Below, in pieces: positions 1 through 9,438 of a DNA stretch of 64,000 nucleotides. Below the pieces are notes generated by a model. The model had not been told where the DNA came from. It was given only the letters and a program-made list of their open reading frames with translations, and did no database searches. This DNA comes from Candidatus Bathyarchaeia archaeon. Lineage in GTDB: Archaea; Thermoproteota; Bathyarchaeia; Bathyarchaeales; Bathycorpusculaceae. A program made the translations under genes and the position numbers. Location: contig JAVZLH010000002.1 in assembly GCA_038883855.1 (NCBI GenBank), forward strand, positions 32,001-96,000. The letters are read 5' to 3'. The stretch's first letter is position 1, and every line of letters starts with the position of its first letter.

Positions 1-556
1 TCAAAGCATCTTCGCCCGTTTCCTTTACTATTCCAAGTTTTTTGGCGGCAAGAACCACAATGTTTGTTGAAGTTGGGTCGGCTTTATCCCAGACGTCGCG
101 CATTTCTCTTAGAAAAATGCTTACTGTTACATTGCCTATACCTTTTCCTAAATCCTTAAGCTTTTTTTCTAAATCACGCTGGTCTAAAGCTTCTTTATGG
201 ATGCGGCAGAGGCTTCCATTATACTTTGCCATTAGATTTTGCATGACTTCTAAGAGTTTATCAGCGGTTTTAAAATCATAACGCGTGTAGCTGCCTTCAT
301 CTAAAATTCTGACAAGCCCATCCCATCCAGTTTCGATTATTCGTTTTGGACTTAAGACGTTATACTTTTTGAAGCAGTTGTAAGTTTTAATGACCGAAGT
401 TTCTGTTATTGGCGCTCCGAAAAGCACGGATGCCAAAAACCATTTGAAAACATCTTCATCTTTTCCTTCTGAGAGGTCTATACCTAAAACTTCTGGATAT
501 CGGCGTCCAAACTTTTCGACCAAGCCTATTAGAGCTTCCCGTTTCACGTTCTTCAC
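1..556 (-). CDS. HhH-GPD/EndoIII-fold DNA-binding or glycosylase-like protein, 3' end outside window
   Basis: Manual translation from GTG 556 (or 547): KREALIGLVEKFGRRYPEVLGIDLS...FKWFLASVLFGAPI...GWDGLVRILDEGSYTRYDFKTA...LKDLGKGIGNVTVSIFLRE (HhH-like GIG motif). Open to the window edge; not in the ORF track. Confidence 0.7.
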   Translation of the reverse strand, partial: MKNVKREALIGLVEKFGRRYPEVLGIDLSEGKDEDVFKWFLASVLFGAPITETSVIKTYNCFKKYNVLSPKRIIETGWDGLVRILDEGSYTRYDFKTADKLLEVMQNLMAKYNGSLCRIHKEALDQRDLEKKLKDLGKGIGNVTVSIFLREMRDVWDKADPTSTNIVVLAAKKLGIVKETGEDAL

Positions 557-614
557 TTGCCCTTAACAAAATTTTATACTGCCAACTGCATAAACGGTTT
601 ACTGGTTAGGCATA

Positions 615-1643
615 ATGCAAGCACGGACGATAGAGTGGCGAAATGGAAAAGTCGTAACAATAGACCAGACGAGGCTTCCGCATGAAACCGTTTTCTTAGA
701 ACTAAAAACATGCGAAGCGGTTGCTAAAGCCATAAAAACCATGAAAATAAGGGGTGCCCCTCTGCTGGGCGCTGCCGCAGCCTTCGCGTTGGCTTTAACT
801 GCTTACAATTCAAAAGCAAAAACAAAGGGTAAACTAATAAAGGAAATGGAGAAAGCAGCGGAAACTCTTAAGGGGACGCGCCCAACGGCCTTTAACCTCT
901 TTTGGGCTATAGACAGAATTCTTGAAAAAGCAAAAGTTTTTGATGGAAATGTTGAGAATTTGGCGGCTTTTGTTGTCCGAGAAGCGCAAAAAATAGCTGA
1001 TGAAGATGTTGAAGCGAATCGTTCCATTGGTAAGTATGGTGCCAACCTCATAGCGGACGGTGATGTAATCTTAACACATTGCAATGCTGGAGCCTTAGCA
1101 ACCGTTGGTTATGGCACAGCTTTAGGTATAATAAGAGCTGCATGGGAAGATGGAAAACGCATAAGGGTTATAGCCACCGAAACCCGCCCAAAACTGCAGG
1201 GAGCTAGACTCACAACATACGAGCTTAAGAGGGACGGCATACCAGTAACTTTGATAACCGACAACATGGTTGGCTATGTGATGCGAAAGAAGCTGGTTAA
1301 CAAGGTTGTGGTTGGCGCTGACAGGATAGTTAAGGATGCTGTCATCAACAAGATTGGGACATTCACCATTGCGGTTTTAGCCAAAGAACACAACATACCC
1401 TTTTATGTTGCCGCTCCAAAATCCACCTTCAACTTAACACAGAAATCTGCAGACGTGGTCATTGAAGAAAGAAGCCCTGAAGAGGTTCTATATATCGGTT
1501 CGCAGCGGATTGCTGTTGAAGGTATAGATGTTCTCAACCCTGCCTTTGATGTAACTCCTCTGGAATATGTGACAGCTATTATCTGCGAAAGCGGAATCTT
1601 ATATAAGCAGGACTTTGACAAGTTTAGAGCCGACTGTAAGTGA
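615..1643 (+). CDS. mtnA: S-methyl-5-thioribose-1-phosphate isomerase (eIF-2B family)
   Basis: IDQTRLP, IRGAP, TRPTAFNL, LTHCNAGALAT, ETRP..QGARLT, NPAFDVTP motifs. Confidence 0.9.
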   Translation: MQARTIEWRNGKVVTIDQTRLPHETVFLELKTCEAVAKAIKTMKIRGAPLLGAAAAFALALTAYNSKAKTKGKLIKEMEKAAETLKGTRPTAFNLFWAIDRILEKAKVFDGNVENLAAFVVREAQKIADEDVEANRSIGKYGANLIADGDVILTHCNAGALATVGYGTALGIIRAAWEDGKRIRVIATETRPKLQGARLTTYELKRDGIPVTLITDNMVGYVMRKKLVNKVVVGADRIVKDAVINKIGTFTIAVLAKEHNIPFYVAAPKSTFNLTQKSADVVIEERSPEEVLYIGSQRIAVEGIDVLNPAFDVTPLEYVTAIICESGILYKQDFDKFRADCK

Positions 1644-1670
1644 AGAAACTTACACCTTTGGTGGCGTTAC

Positions 1671-2228
1671 ATGAATAAAAATGAGGCGGAAAAGCAAATT
1701 CGGCAAGAAGTTAAGATTAGAGGCGTTATTGCGGGAAAGGGTGTTAGAATTTCCGAGAAGGATGCTATAAAAGAACTTTCTTCCAGGGGCTATGGTACGG
1801 AAGAAAACAATGACCTTTTACTCACATTCTATGAGGCGCTTTACCTAATGGATAAAGGAATACTAGAGGTTGAAGATGAAAAAGAAGGAAACGTGGATTT
1901 CCGAAATCTTCTGCAACACTATGAGAGTATAGATGAAAATGCTTGGGCTAAATACCTAGTTTATCGCGACCTAAGAAATCGTGGATACGTTGTCAGAGAA
2001 GGCTTTGGCTTAGGCGTGGACTTCAGAGTTTATGAAAGGGGTGAGTACGGCAAAGACGCTGCCAAATATCTAATTTTAAGTGTTCAAGAAGGAAAACCAA
2101 TTTCATTAGAAGACTTAACAAACACTCTAAAGAACTGCCAAAGCCTGAAAAAAGAGCTTATTTTAGCTGTAATGAACCGCAGAGGAGAAACTGTTTACTA
2201 TTCGGTTTCACAGTTGACATTAAAGTAA
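1671..2228 (+). CDS. endA: tRNA splicing endonuclease subunit, probably the non-catalytic (beta) subunit
   Basis: EALYL, VYRDLRNRGYVVREG..GVDFRVY. The catalytic His expected after the Tyr is absent (GKDAAKYL). Confidence 0.85.
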   Translation: MNKNEAEKQIRQEVKIRGVIAGKGVRISEKDAIKELSSRGYGTEENNDLLLTFYEALYLMDKGILEVEDEKEGNVDFRNLLQHYESIDENAWAKYLVYRDLRNRGYVVREGFGLGVDFRVYERGEYGKDAAKYLILSVQEGKPISLEDLTNTLKNCQSLKKELILAVMNRRGETVYYSVSQLTLK

Positions 2229-2229
2229 T

Positions 2230-3537
2230 GTGGGAGAACGGATGAAAGCCTTTAAGCCAGTTCGTGGAATGCGAGATTTCCTAGCAGAAGAAGCGGGATT
2301 AATGCGTTTCATCGAGGAAAAAGCGAGAAAAATAGCCAAAATTTACGGTTATAAAGAAGTTATAACACCGGTTGTCGAATCCTACGAGCTTTTAGCAGCG
2401 AAAATCGGTGAGGAAATGCGGTCGCGAATGTTTGTGTTCAAAGACCTCGGTGGGAGAGATATCGCTTTACGACCTGAGTTTACAGCATCTGTTGCAAGGC
2501 TTATTGCAACAACTCTGAGGACAGAACCCAGGCCGCTTAGAACGTTTTCGTTTGGAAGCGTCTACCGCTACGATGAGCCGCAGAAAGGTCGATACAGAGA
2601 GTTTTGGCAATCAAATTATGAGTTAATGGGCTCAAACACGCCCGAAGCAGATGTTGAAATTTTAATGTTAACCAACAGCTTAATGGAGTCTGTTGGACTG
2701 AAAGATTATGTCTTCAAAATAGGGCATATTGGAGTTTTGAGGGGAATATTTAACCAAGAAGGCCTGGAAGAGAGAACTCAAAACGCTGTTATGCAATTGC
2801 TGGACAAGAAGCAGTACGAGGAAGCGCTTAAAATTGTGGAAGATGCTGGTGTATCGAAAGGCTGTCTAAATATAATGCAAGAACTTGTGAAGCTTAAAGG
2901 CAGAGAAGTTTTTGTCATAGCAGAAAATTTGAGAAAACTTGTAGATGGATACGAAGAAGCCGTTAAAGCCGTAGAAAACTTCTATGAAATTTTAAAGCTC
3001 ATCCAAGAAAGCGAATGTAAAATGGATATTATTGTTGACGCTGGGTTTGCACGGGGACTTGAATACTATACGGGGATCATTTTTGAGGTGTACGTGCCAG
3101 AGTTTGACATAGCCCTAGGCGGAGGCGGAAGATACGACCACCTTGTCGAATTGTTTGGAGGAGAACCAACGCCTGCTGTGGGTGTCGCCCACGGAATAGA
3201 TAGGATAATGTTAGCCATGCAAATGCAAAAAGTCATTGTCGAAAAGACAGAGAGAACCATCATGGTAATACCGGTGGAAAGCAGCTTGAAAGGCGAAGCC
3301 TTGCAGATTGCGCAGATGCTCAGAGCTGCTGATATACCCGTGGAAGTTGAGGTCATGGGGCGTAAGGTGACCAAAGCTTTGGAAGACGCTGATAGAAGAA
3401 AAATGGAGTATGCAATAATAGTTGGAGGAAAAGAGCTAAAGGAAGGGGCGGTTGTTCTTAGGAACTTGAAAAGAAGGGAGCAGAAAACTGTGAAGCTTGA
3501 AGAAATAGTAAAGGAGTTAAAAGGGCATGGCGACTAG
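2230..3537 (+). CDS. hisS: Histidyl-tRNA synthetase (likely start ATG 2242)
   Basis: VRGMRDF, LRPEFTA, YRYDEPQKGRYREFWQ, RGLEYYTG, GGGRYD. Confidence 0.97.
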   Translation: MGERMKAFKPVRGMRDFLAEEAGLMRFIEEKARKIAKIYGYKEVITPVVESYELLAAKIGEEMRSRMFVFKDLGGRDIALRPEFTASVARLIATTLRTEPRPLRTFSFGSVYRYDEPQKGRYREFWQSNYELMGSNTPEADVEILMLTNSLMESVGLKDYVFKIGHIGVLRGIFNQEGLEERTQNAVMQLLDKKQYEEALKIVEDAGVSKGCLNIMQELVKLKGREVFVIAENLRKLVDGYEEAVKAVENFYEILKLIQESECKMDIIVDAGFARGLEYYTGIIFEVYVPEFDIALGGGGRYDHLVELFGGEPTPAVGVAHGIDRIMLAMQMQKVIVEKTERTIMVIPVESSLKGEALQIAQMLRAADIPVEVEVMGRKVTKALEDADRRKMEYAIIVGGKELKEGAVVLRNLKRREQKTVKLEEIVKELKGHGD

Positions 3538-4016
3538 GACTCTCGCTTTTCTCTTCTCAAAAAGTCTCCTATGTCAAAAATGTTTTTAACATAAACTCCT
3601 CTTCCCTCCTCGTCGAGGTTCCGTGCGATTTCGCCGAATCCCAGACATTCTCCTCGCATATTCAGCACTAAGGTGAAGTCTCCCTTTCTTTTCGAACCAT
3701 CCGCCCTAATTATTCCTTGTCTAAAAATGTCTCTCCCACATATGAAAAGCCACTCGGTTTTCCCATCAACAACTATTTTGTTTGCCGCCCTTTCCGCAAT
3801 CATCTTCAACAAACTTATGCTTGGAAAGAAGCCCTCATTTCTAACTTCTCCAAGATAAATTCCAGCATGTAAGAAGCCTCCTCTAACAAAATTTTTCAAT
3901 TCCTCATTTAAGAGGAAGCATCTTTTTCCCTTTTTCACAATCAAATTTTCGTCAAGGCTCAGTTCCGCATCAAACCGCTTCACAAAATCCATTATGGACT
4001 TTATCATTCCAATCAT
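3534..4016 (-). CDS. Nip7-like PUA-domain ribosome biogenesis protein
   Basis: AGIYLGE, FFPS, EWLFICGRDIF, GECLGFG, DIGDFLRRE; overlaps the m5C methyltransferase gene. Confidence 0.8.
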   Translation of the reverse strand: MIGMIKSIMDFVKRFDAELSLDENLIVKKGKRCFLLNEELKNFVRGGFLHAGIYLGEVRNEGFFPSISLLKMIAERAANKIVVDGKTEWLFICGRDIFRQGIIRADGSKRKGDFTLVLNMRGECLGFGEIARNLDEEGRGVYVKNIFDIGDFLRREKRES

Positions 4017-4936
4017 ACTCCCTTTTTAAGTTTACAAACAAAAAATCCCTGAGTTTGACCCGGCCATATTCTCCTGCAGTTTTCCACGGAACTGTCCAGT
4101 TGTTTTCCGAAAATTTTAGTGGGAGCTTTTTCTCCGTAGCAGCTAATTTTTTCGGTTTTGAGGTTTAAGTTCCTTACTGCCCACTCTATGTTGAATTCGT
4201 TTTCTTCTGGTTCCAGGGAACATGTTGCATATACTATTTCGCCGTTGTCTTTTAGGACTTTAACCGCCTCCATCAATATTTCTCTTTGAAGCGCCGCATT
4301 CCTTTCAACATCCCTAATTGTTCTTCTATTGAACCATCCATCATCTGTCGCGAAGTTTCCTGAACACGGGACATCAAGAAGAATTCTGTCAAACTTGATT
4401 TTAAGCTGCGAAACTTTTCGAGCATCCAAACAGTAAACCACAGTGTTTTTGACGCTGCATCGCTCAAGCTGATTTGACAAGGCTTTTAACCTTTCCCTTT
4501 TAACGTCTAAGGCAACTATTACCCCGGTATTCCCCATCAAATCAGCCAACTGGACGGTTTTTCCTCCAGGCGCTGCGCATGCATCCAACACAATTTTACC
4601 TTTCAAATCCGAGAATAGTGTTGCTGGAATTTGGGCAGCTGCCTCCTGAATTGAATACAAGCCCAAAAGATATTCGGTTGTCGACCCTACGGAAAATTTT
4701 GATTCACAAACCCAGTAGGCATTGTTTAAGAAGGGGATTTTTTCAAGCACAACTCCTAAAGACTTCAGCCTGTCTATGACATCTTCTTCACGGGCATTCA
4801 TGGAATTTATCCTTATGGCTTGTCTTGGCTTAACATCCCTAAATTCCCAACCCAACTCAACGTAGCGCCTTAAGAAAAATTTCTTATTTGACATCAACTT
4901 TAAGTCCGCTTTTTCGTCATAAAAACTTGGCGCCAT
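4013..4936 (-). CDS. RsmB/Nop2/NOL1-family RNA m5C methyltransferase
   Basis: VLDACAAPGGKT, ILLDVPCSG, YATCSLEPEENE. Confidence 0.93.
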   Translation of the reverse strand: MAPSFYDEKADLKLMSNKKFFLRRYVELGWEFRDVKPRQAIRINSMNAREEDVIDRLKSLGVVLEKIPFLNNAYWVCESKFSVGSTTEYLLGLYSIQEAAAQIPATLFSDLKGKIVLDACAAPGGKTVQLADLMGNTGVIVALDVKRERLKALSNQLERCSVKNTVVYCLDARKVSQLKIKFDRILLDVPCSGNFATDDGWFNRRTIRDVERNAALQREILMEAVKVLKDNGEIVYATCSLEPEENEFNIEWAVRNLNLKTEKISCYGEKAPTKIFGKQLDSSVENCRRIWPGQTQGFFVCKLKKGV

Positions 4937-5103
4937 TACGAAGTTGACCGCGGCAACAAAAAGTTAATAGGTCGCCATTTTTACATCCATGTAGCCTACA
5001 TTTAAAGAGCGAAGCTGAAAATGTTTAAACAACTTGAGGGTGAAGCTTTCAGAAAGGCGGCAATCAACAACGAGCCTTTTGTTAGTCGGGGGTCTGCTTA
5101 ATT

Positions 5104-7323
5104 ATGGGACGTTATAGGCAAATTGAAGAAATAATCAAACTGATGAATAATCCTGAAGTTATAAGAAACACGAGCATCATAGCCCATGTAGACCATGGAA
5201 AAACAACCCTCTCCGACAGCCTGCTGGCTGCCGCTGGAATAATCAGCGAGCAGGTTGCAGGACAAAAACTCTTTCTAGACTCTTGGGAGCTTGAGCAGAA
5301 AAGGCAGATGACAGTATTCGCCTCAAACATAAGCCTAGCCCACGTATACAAGGGAAAAGAATACCTCATAAACCTCATAGACACACCAGGTCACATAGAC
5401 TTCAGCGGAGCAGTTACAAGAAGCCTACGCGCCGTTGACGGCGCACTAGTGGTTGTAGACGCTGTGGAAGGTCCCATGACCCAGACAGAAACTGTCTTAA
5501 TGCAGGCACTTCGTGAAAGAGTCAAGCCAATCCTTTACATAAACAAGGTTGACAGGCTCATAAAGGAGCTGAAGCTTACTCCAGAGGAGGTCCAGCGAAA
5601 ATTCGCGAAAATCATAGTTAGGATAAACACTCTCATAGAGAAATATGCTCCGCCGGAGCACAAGAAGGATTGGCAGGTGAAGGTTGAGGATGGGCGTGTG
5701 GCTTTCGGTTCAGCTCTTCACAAGTGGGGATTAAACCTGCCCTACATGAAAGCAAAGGGCATAACCTTCAAAGACATCGTCGACGCCTACACGGGAGAAC
5801 CGGAAGAAGTTGCAAAGAAAGTTGATGCCTTAAGCAAAAAGGCTCCGTTACATGAACCAATACTTGACATGTTTTGCGAACATTTGCCTAATCCGCTGGA
5901 AGCACAACCATATAGACAGAGCCAAATCTGGCCCGGAGACCCGAACACGCCTGTTGGAAAGGCCATGGCTAAAGTTGACCCTAATGGGCCTCTTCTTATG
6001 TGTGTGACGACGATAGAGGTTGATCCGCACAGCGGAGTTGTTGCTATTGGCAGAGTTTTCAGCGGCACCGTTGAAAAAGGGAAAACCGTTTACCTGGTGG
6101 GTAGCCGACAGAAAGGCACTATTCAGCAAGTTTACATGAGTATGGCAGCAGACAGGGTGATTGTGGACAAGGTTCCCGCCGGAAACATAGCGGCACTTTC
6201 CGGTTTACCCTCAATTCATGTAGGCGAGACAATAGCCGAAGAAGGTGTGGAAACACAGCCTTTTGAAGGCTTAAAGTATGTGTCTGACCCTGTGGTTACG
6301 GTGGCAGTTGAGCCTGAAGACGTGAAAGATTTGCCGCTTTTCGACAAAGTAATACATAAGCTCACTCTTGAAGACCCGAACTTGCACTTCAAAATAAACA
6401 AGGAAAGCGGAGAGTTTCTCTTAAGCGGCATGGGTGAACTTCACTTAGAGGTTACTGCCTACCGAATGCAAGAGGCTGGATTAAAAGTTAAGATTAGCAA
6501 GCCAATCGTGATTTACCGCGAAACCATCAGCCGCGACTATAAAGGTCCGCCCATAATGGGCAAAAGCCCCAACAAGCACAACAGACTTTGGGTTACATTG
6601 GAAAAACTTTCTGACGAGGTTATAGAGGCAATAAAGGCTGGAAAGATTTCGGAGATGCAAACTCGTGACGAAAGGCAGAAAATCCTTACGAAGCAGTTTG
6701 GTTGGTCAACGGAAGACGCGCGTAATGTGATAGCAATTGAAGACACTAACATCCTTGTTAACAGGATAAAGGGAAGGCAGTATGTTGAAGAAGTGTTAGA
6801 CCATATTAAGTCTGGTTTCCGCGAAGCTGTACATGCATGTGTTTTGGCAAAAGAGCCAGCTTACGGGTTGAAAGTGAACCTTGAAGACATATTGATTCAT
6901 GAAGATCCAGTGCATAGGGGTCCAGCCCAAATTCTTCCCATGACTTGGCGTCCAATATGGTGCTGTTTTCTCTTGAGTGACCCTAAACTTTTGGAGCCTA
7001 TTCTAAACTTTGATTGTAAAGTGCCGAACGAGTTTGTGAGCTCAGTCATATCGATAGTTCAGAAGCGCAGAGGCAAAATTTTGGACATGGTGAACGAGGA
7101 GGACATGGTTATAGTCAAGGCTGAAATGCCAGTTGCCGAATCCTTTGGGCTAGCGGATGAGCTACGGTCTTCAACGCAGGGCAGAGCCTTTTGGGCAACG
7201 CAATTCAGTCGATGGGCGCCTGTCCCAGAGTCCATGCAGATGGATATTATAAGGCACATTCGTGAGCGTAGAGGCTTGAGTCCGACGCCGCCAAGGGTAG
7301 AAGAATTCTATGAAGAAGCGTAA
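5104..7323 (+). CDS. fusA: Elongation factor EF-2 family GTPase, divergent (possible aEF-2 paralogue)
   Basis: AHVDHGKTT, DTPGHIDF, NKVD, GMGELHLE and diphthamide loop HEDPVHRGPAQ; switch I reads RQMTV instead of RGIT[IV]. Confidence 0.9.
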   Translation: MGRYRQIEEIIKLMNNPEVIRNTSIIAHVDHGKTTLSDSLLAAAGIISEQVAGQKLFLDSWELEQKRQMTVFASNISLAHVYKGKEYLINLIDTPGHIDFSGAVTRSLRAVDGALVVVDAVEGPMTQTETVLMQALRERVKPILYINKVDRLIKELKLTPEEVQRKFAKIIVRINTLIEKYAPPEHKKDWQVKVEDGRVAFGSALHKWGLNLPYMKAKGITFKDIVDAYTGEPEEVAKKVDALSKKAPLHEPILDMFCEHLPNPLEAQPYRQSQIWPGDPNTPVGKAMAKVDPNGPLLMCVTTIEVDPHSGVVAIGRVFSGTVEKGKTVYLVGSRQKGTIQQVYMSMAADRVIVDKVPAGNIAALSGLPSIHVGETIAEEGVETQPFEGLKYVSDPVVTVAVEPEDVKDLPLFDKVIHKLTLEDPNLHFKINKESGEFLLSGMGELHLEVTAYRMQEAGLKVKISKPIVIYRETISRDYKGPPIMGKSPNKHNRLWVTLEKLSDEVIEAIKAGKISEMQTRDERQKILTKQFGWSTEDARNVIAIEDTNILVNRIKGRQYVEEVLDHIKSGFREAVHACVLAKEPAYGLKVNLEDILIHEDPVHRGPAQILPMTWRPIWCCFLLSDPKLLEPILNFDCKVPNEFVSSVISIVQKRRGKILDMVNEEDMVIVKAEMPVAESFGLADELRSSTQGRAFWATQFSRWAPVPESMQMDIIRHIRERRGLSPTPPRVEEFYEEA

Positions 7324-7399
7324 CTAAGACTAATCCCTACTTTTATTACTATTAACCGGAAAAGGTTAAAGTTACAGATGTATCTGTTTTTAGGCAAGG

Positions 7400-7693
7400 T
7401 TGGTGCTGGTTATGTTTAATCCTATGAGTATGTTGGCTTTAGTTGTCGTGCTTGTTGTTGGAATAGCATCGGGTTTCGCATTTCGCAACAGAAAGCGCGT
7501 TAACCTCGAAAAAGTCAATTTGTTGACTATTTTAACATTGATTTTCTCCTTAGGATTTATCATAGGCTCAGACAAGGAGCTTTTGGCTTCTATGCCAAAA
7601 GTAGGCATAAACGCCTTTATCATCTCGCTGCTGGCCATTGTTTTTAGTGTTACTTTTTTGGAAATAGCCAGAAAGGTTGCGAAGATAAAATGA
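7400..7693 (+). CDS. Small membrane protein, LysO/DUF340 N-terminal-like partner
   Basis: Three hydrophobic segments, LIFSLGFIIGSD; ATGA overlap with the LysO-like gene. Confidence 0.65.
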   Translation: MVLVMFNPMSMLALVVVLVVGIASGFAFRNRKRVNLEKVNLLTILTLIFSLGFIIGSDKELLASMPKVGINAFIISLLAIVFSVTFLEIARKVAKIK

Positions 7694-8313
7694 TAAAATA
7701 CATTTTAGTAGCCCTAGCCTTCGGTATTATTGCTGGCTATGTGAACAACAATTATGGACCAGCTTTTCCAAACAGTTGGGTATACGATTACCTATTCAAT
7801 TTTTCCCTCCTTCTACTATTGTTTGTGATGGGTTTCGCGTTCGGGGCGGATAAACAGACTGCAGCAAACCTTAGAAAAACTGGTTGGAAAATTTTCATCG
7901 TCCCTTTATCCATAGCCGTGGGAAGCATTCTTGGCGGTTTGGTTGGCGGATACATTTTGGGCATAAATCTTGCGGGTTCAATGGCTGTTAGCGCAGGCTT
8001 CGGATGGTACACTTTGGCTGGGCCTCTTGTAGGGCAGTTTTTTGGAGCGGAATTTGGGGCATTGAGTTTTGCAGCGAACTTCTTGAGAGAGTTGTTTACA
8101 ATTTTGGCGGTTCCTCTTTTGGTTAAGGCTGGAAAGTATGCGCCGATAGCCTCCGGAGGAGCCACGGCCATGGACACAACATTGCCCGTCATAGTGCGAT
8201 ATTGCGGTTCAGAATCCTTGATAATCGCGTTCTTAAGCGGTTTTATGCTCAGCTTAATTGCACCTTTCATAATAACTGCAATAGCATCATTGCCTAATGC
8301 GCTGGGTTTCTGA
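7690..8313 (+). CDS. LysO (DUF340) family amino-acid exporter
   Basis: GFGWYTL, NFLRE, GGATAMDTTLP signatures. Confidence 0.88.
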   Translation: MIKYILVALAFGIIAGYVNNNYGPAFPNSWVYDYLFNFSLLLLLFVMGFAFGADKQTAANLRKTGWKIFIVPLSIAVGSILGGLVGGYILGINLAGSMAVSAGFGWYTLAGPLVGQFFGAEFGALSFAANFLRELFTILAVPLLVKAGKYAPIASGGATAMDTTLPVIVRYCGSESLIIAFLSGFMLSLIAPFIITAIASLPNALGF

Positions 8314-8406
8314 TGCTAACTATTGGCGCAATCCTATTTTTGGTTTAGAAAACAGCCAATAGGAGACTACCCCCTCTAGATTTTCCACGTCTAAAAGGCT
8401 TGTTAT

Positions 8407-8504
8407 TGGTGCGGTCGCCGGGATTTGAACCCGGGATCGCAGGCTTGGAAGGCTTCCACAGCCTTTTGGCTTCTGTGTCCTAAACCAGACTAGACGACGA
8501 CCGC
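8407..8504 (-). tRNA. tRNA-Gly(TCC) with a 19-nt non-canonical intron at 29/30 (8454-8472); CCA encoded
   Basis: Acceptor GCGGTCG/CGACCGC-ACCA and T-arm CCGGG TTCAAAT CCCGG. Removing AAGCCAAAAGGCTGTGGAA restores CAGGC-CTTCCAA-GCCTG. Confidence 0.93.
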
Positions 8505-8572
8505 TCACCCGTTAATATTACAATTATTTTATTCTTAAAATGGTTATAGATAAAATTTCTTTTTGTTTCTTA

Positions 8573-9235
8573 TTACGGTTTCTCGTTTGGTTTGAATAGT
8601 TCCTTCTCATGTCTCGGTTTTGGCTTGAAGCTTCCGCGATATTGGGGCATGGAAGCTCTCTGGCGCTCCAAATTCTTTATTCTAGCATAAAGCTTTGAAA
8701 TTTTTGTTTTTGATGGTTTTCTAGGTTTTGGAAGTCGCGCTGGAACTGGAGTGAAGGGCTTTTTAACCTCAGCATATGAAGCTTTTTTCCGTCTCGACTC
8801 AGTTACGCTTTTGACTTTTCTGAAAACCACATAGCCCTCCTTCAAATTTACTTCTTGCGTCTCCCAACCTGCTTCCAGCCAAGCCCGCGCATGCATGTTG
8901 TTCGGCGAGTTACTCCACCATGCTTCACTTCGGTATGCGCTCATGGGAAGGTTGTCTCCTATTATTCCATCAATTTTGGCAAATGAAAGCTTAACCATAC
9001 TGGTGAACGCAGCCCTAAACTTCAAGTAACTTCCGAGCCTGTCATATTTTGAAACGGTCTTTGGCGAAACAATTTTTCGAGCGCAGTTTAGACATAACAT
9101 CCTTGTCGGGTCGCCTGTGGCAACATCTGGAACCATGCAATCAAAACAATATAGCCGTCCACACCTCTGGCATCGCCTAAGGTATCTAAGCGATAAAACT
9201 CTACCGCAAATTCCGCATTCATCCTTAAGCGGCAT
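8573..9235 (-). CDS. 8-Cys zinc-finger protein with a small alpha/beta domain (LSF..I..IIG..LP.SA...WW.N...AW..AGW) and basic tail
   Basis: Four CxxC pairs in the first 55 aa; TATA-like box upstream. Confidence 0.75.
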   Translation of the reverse strand: MPLKDECGICGRVLSLRYLRRCQRCGRLYCFDCMVPDVATGDPTRMLCLNCARKIVSPKTVSKYDRLGSYLKFRAAFTSMVKLSFAKIDGIIGDNLPMSAYRSEAWWSNSPNNMHARAWLEAGWETQEVNLKEGYVVFRKVKSVTESRRKKASYAEVKKPFTPVPARLPKPRKPSKTKISKLYARIKNLERQRASMPQYRGSFKPKPRHEKELFKPNEKP

Positions 9236-9438
9236 CTAAACCACTAAGCCATAAATGCGAAATCTCAATATAAACTTCGCTGGCTTAAAACCTATTCATT
9301 ATTCGAAAGCTACAATAAAACTTATACATGACCGAAACCTTGCTCCAAATGTGAGATTAATGCTTTTTTAGCGAGTACCTTCATGAAAAAGCGGAGGAAT
9401 CAAGGCACAACGAAACTGTTAGATATGTTATAACCATA

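Noticed and set aside
8320-8508. 62-aa ORF over tRNA-Gly
   Set aside because: It is a chance reading frame across the tRNA gene.
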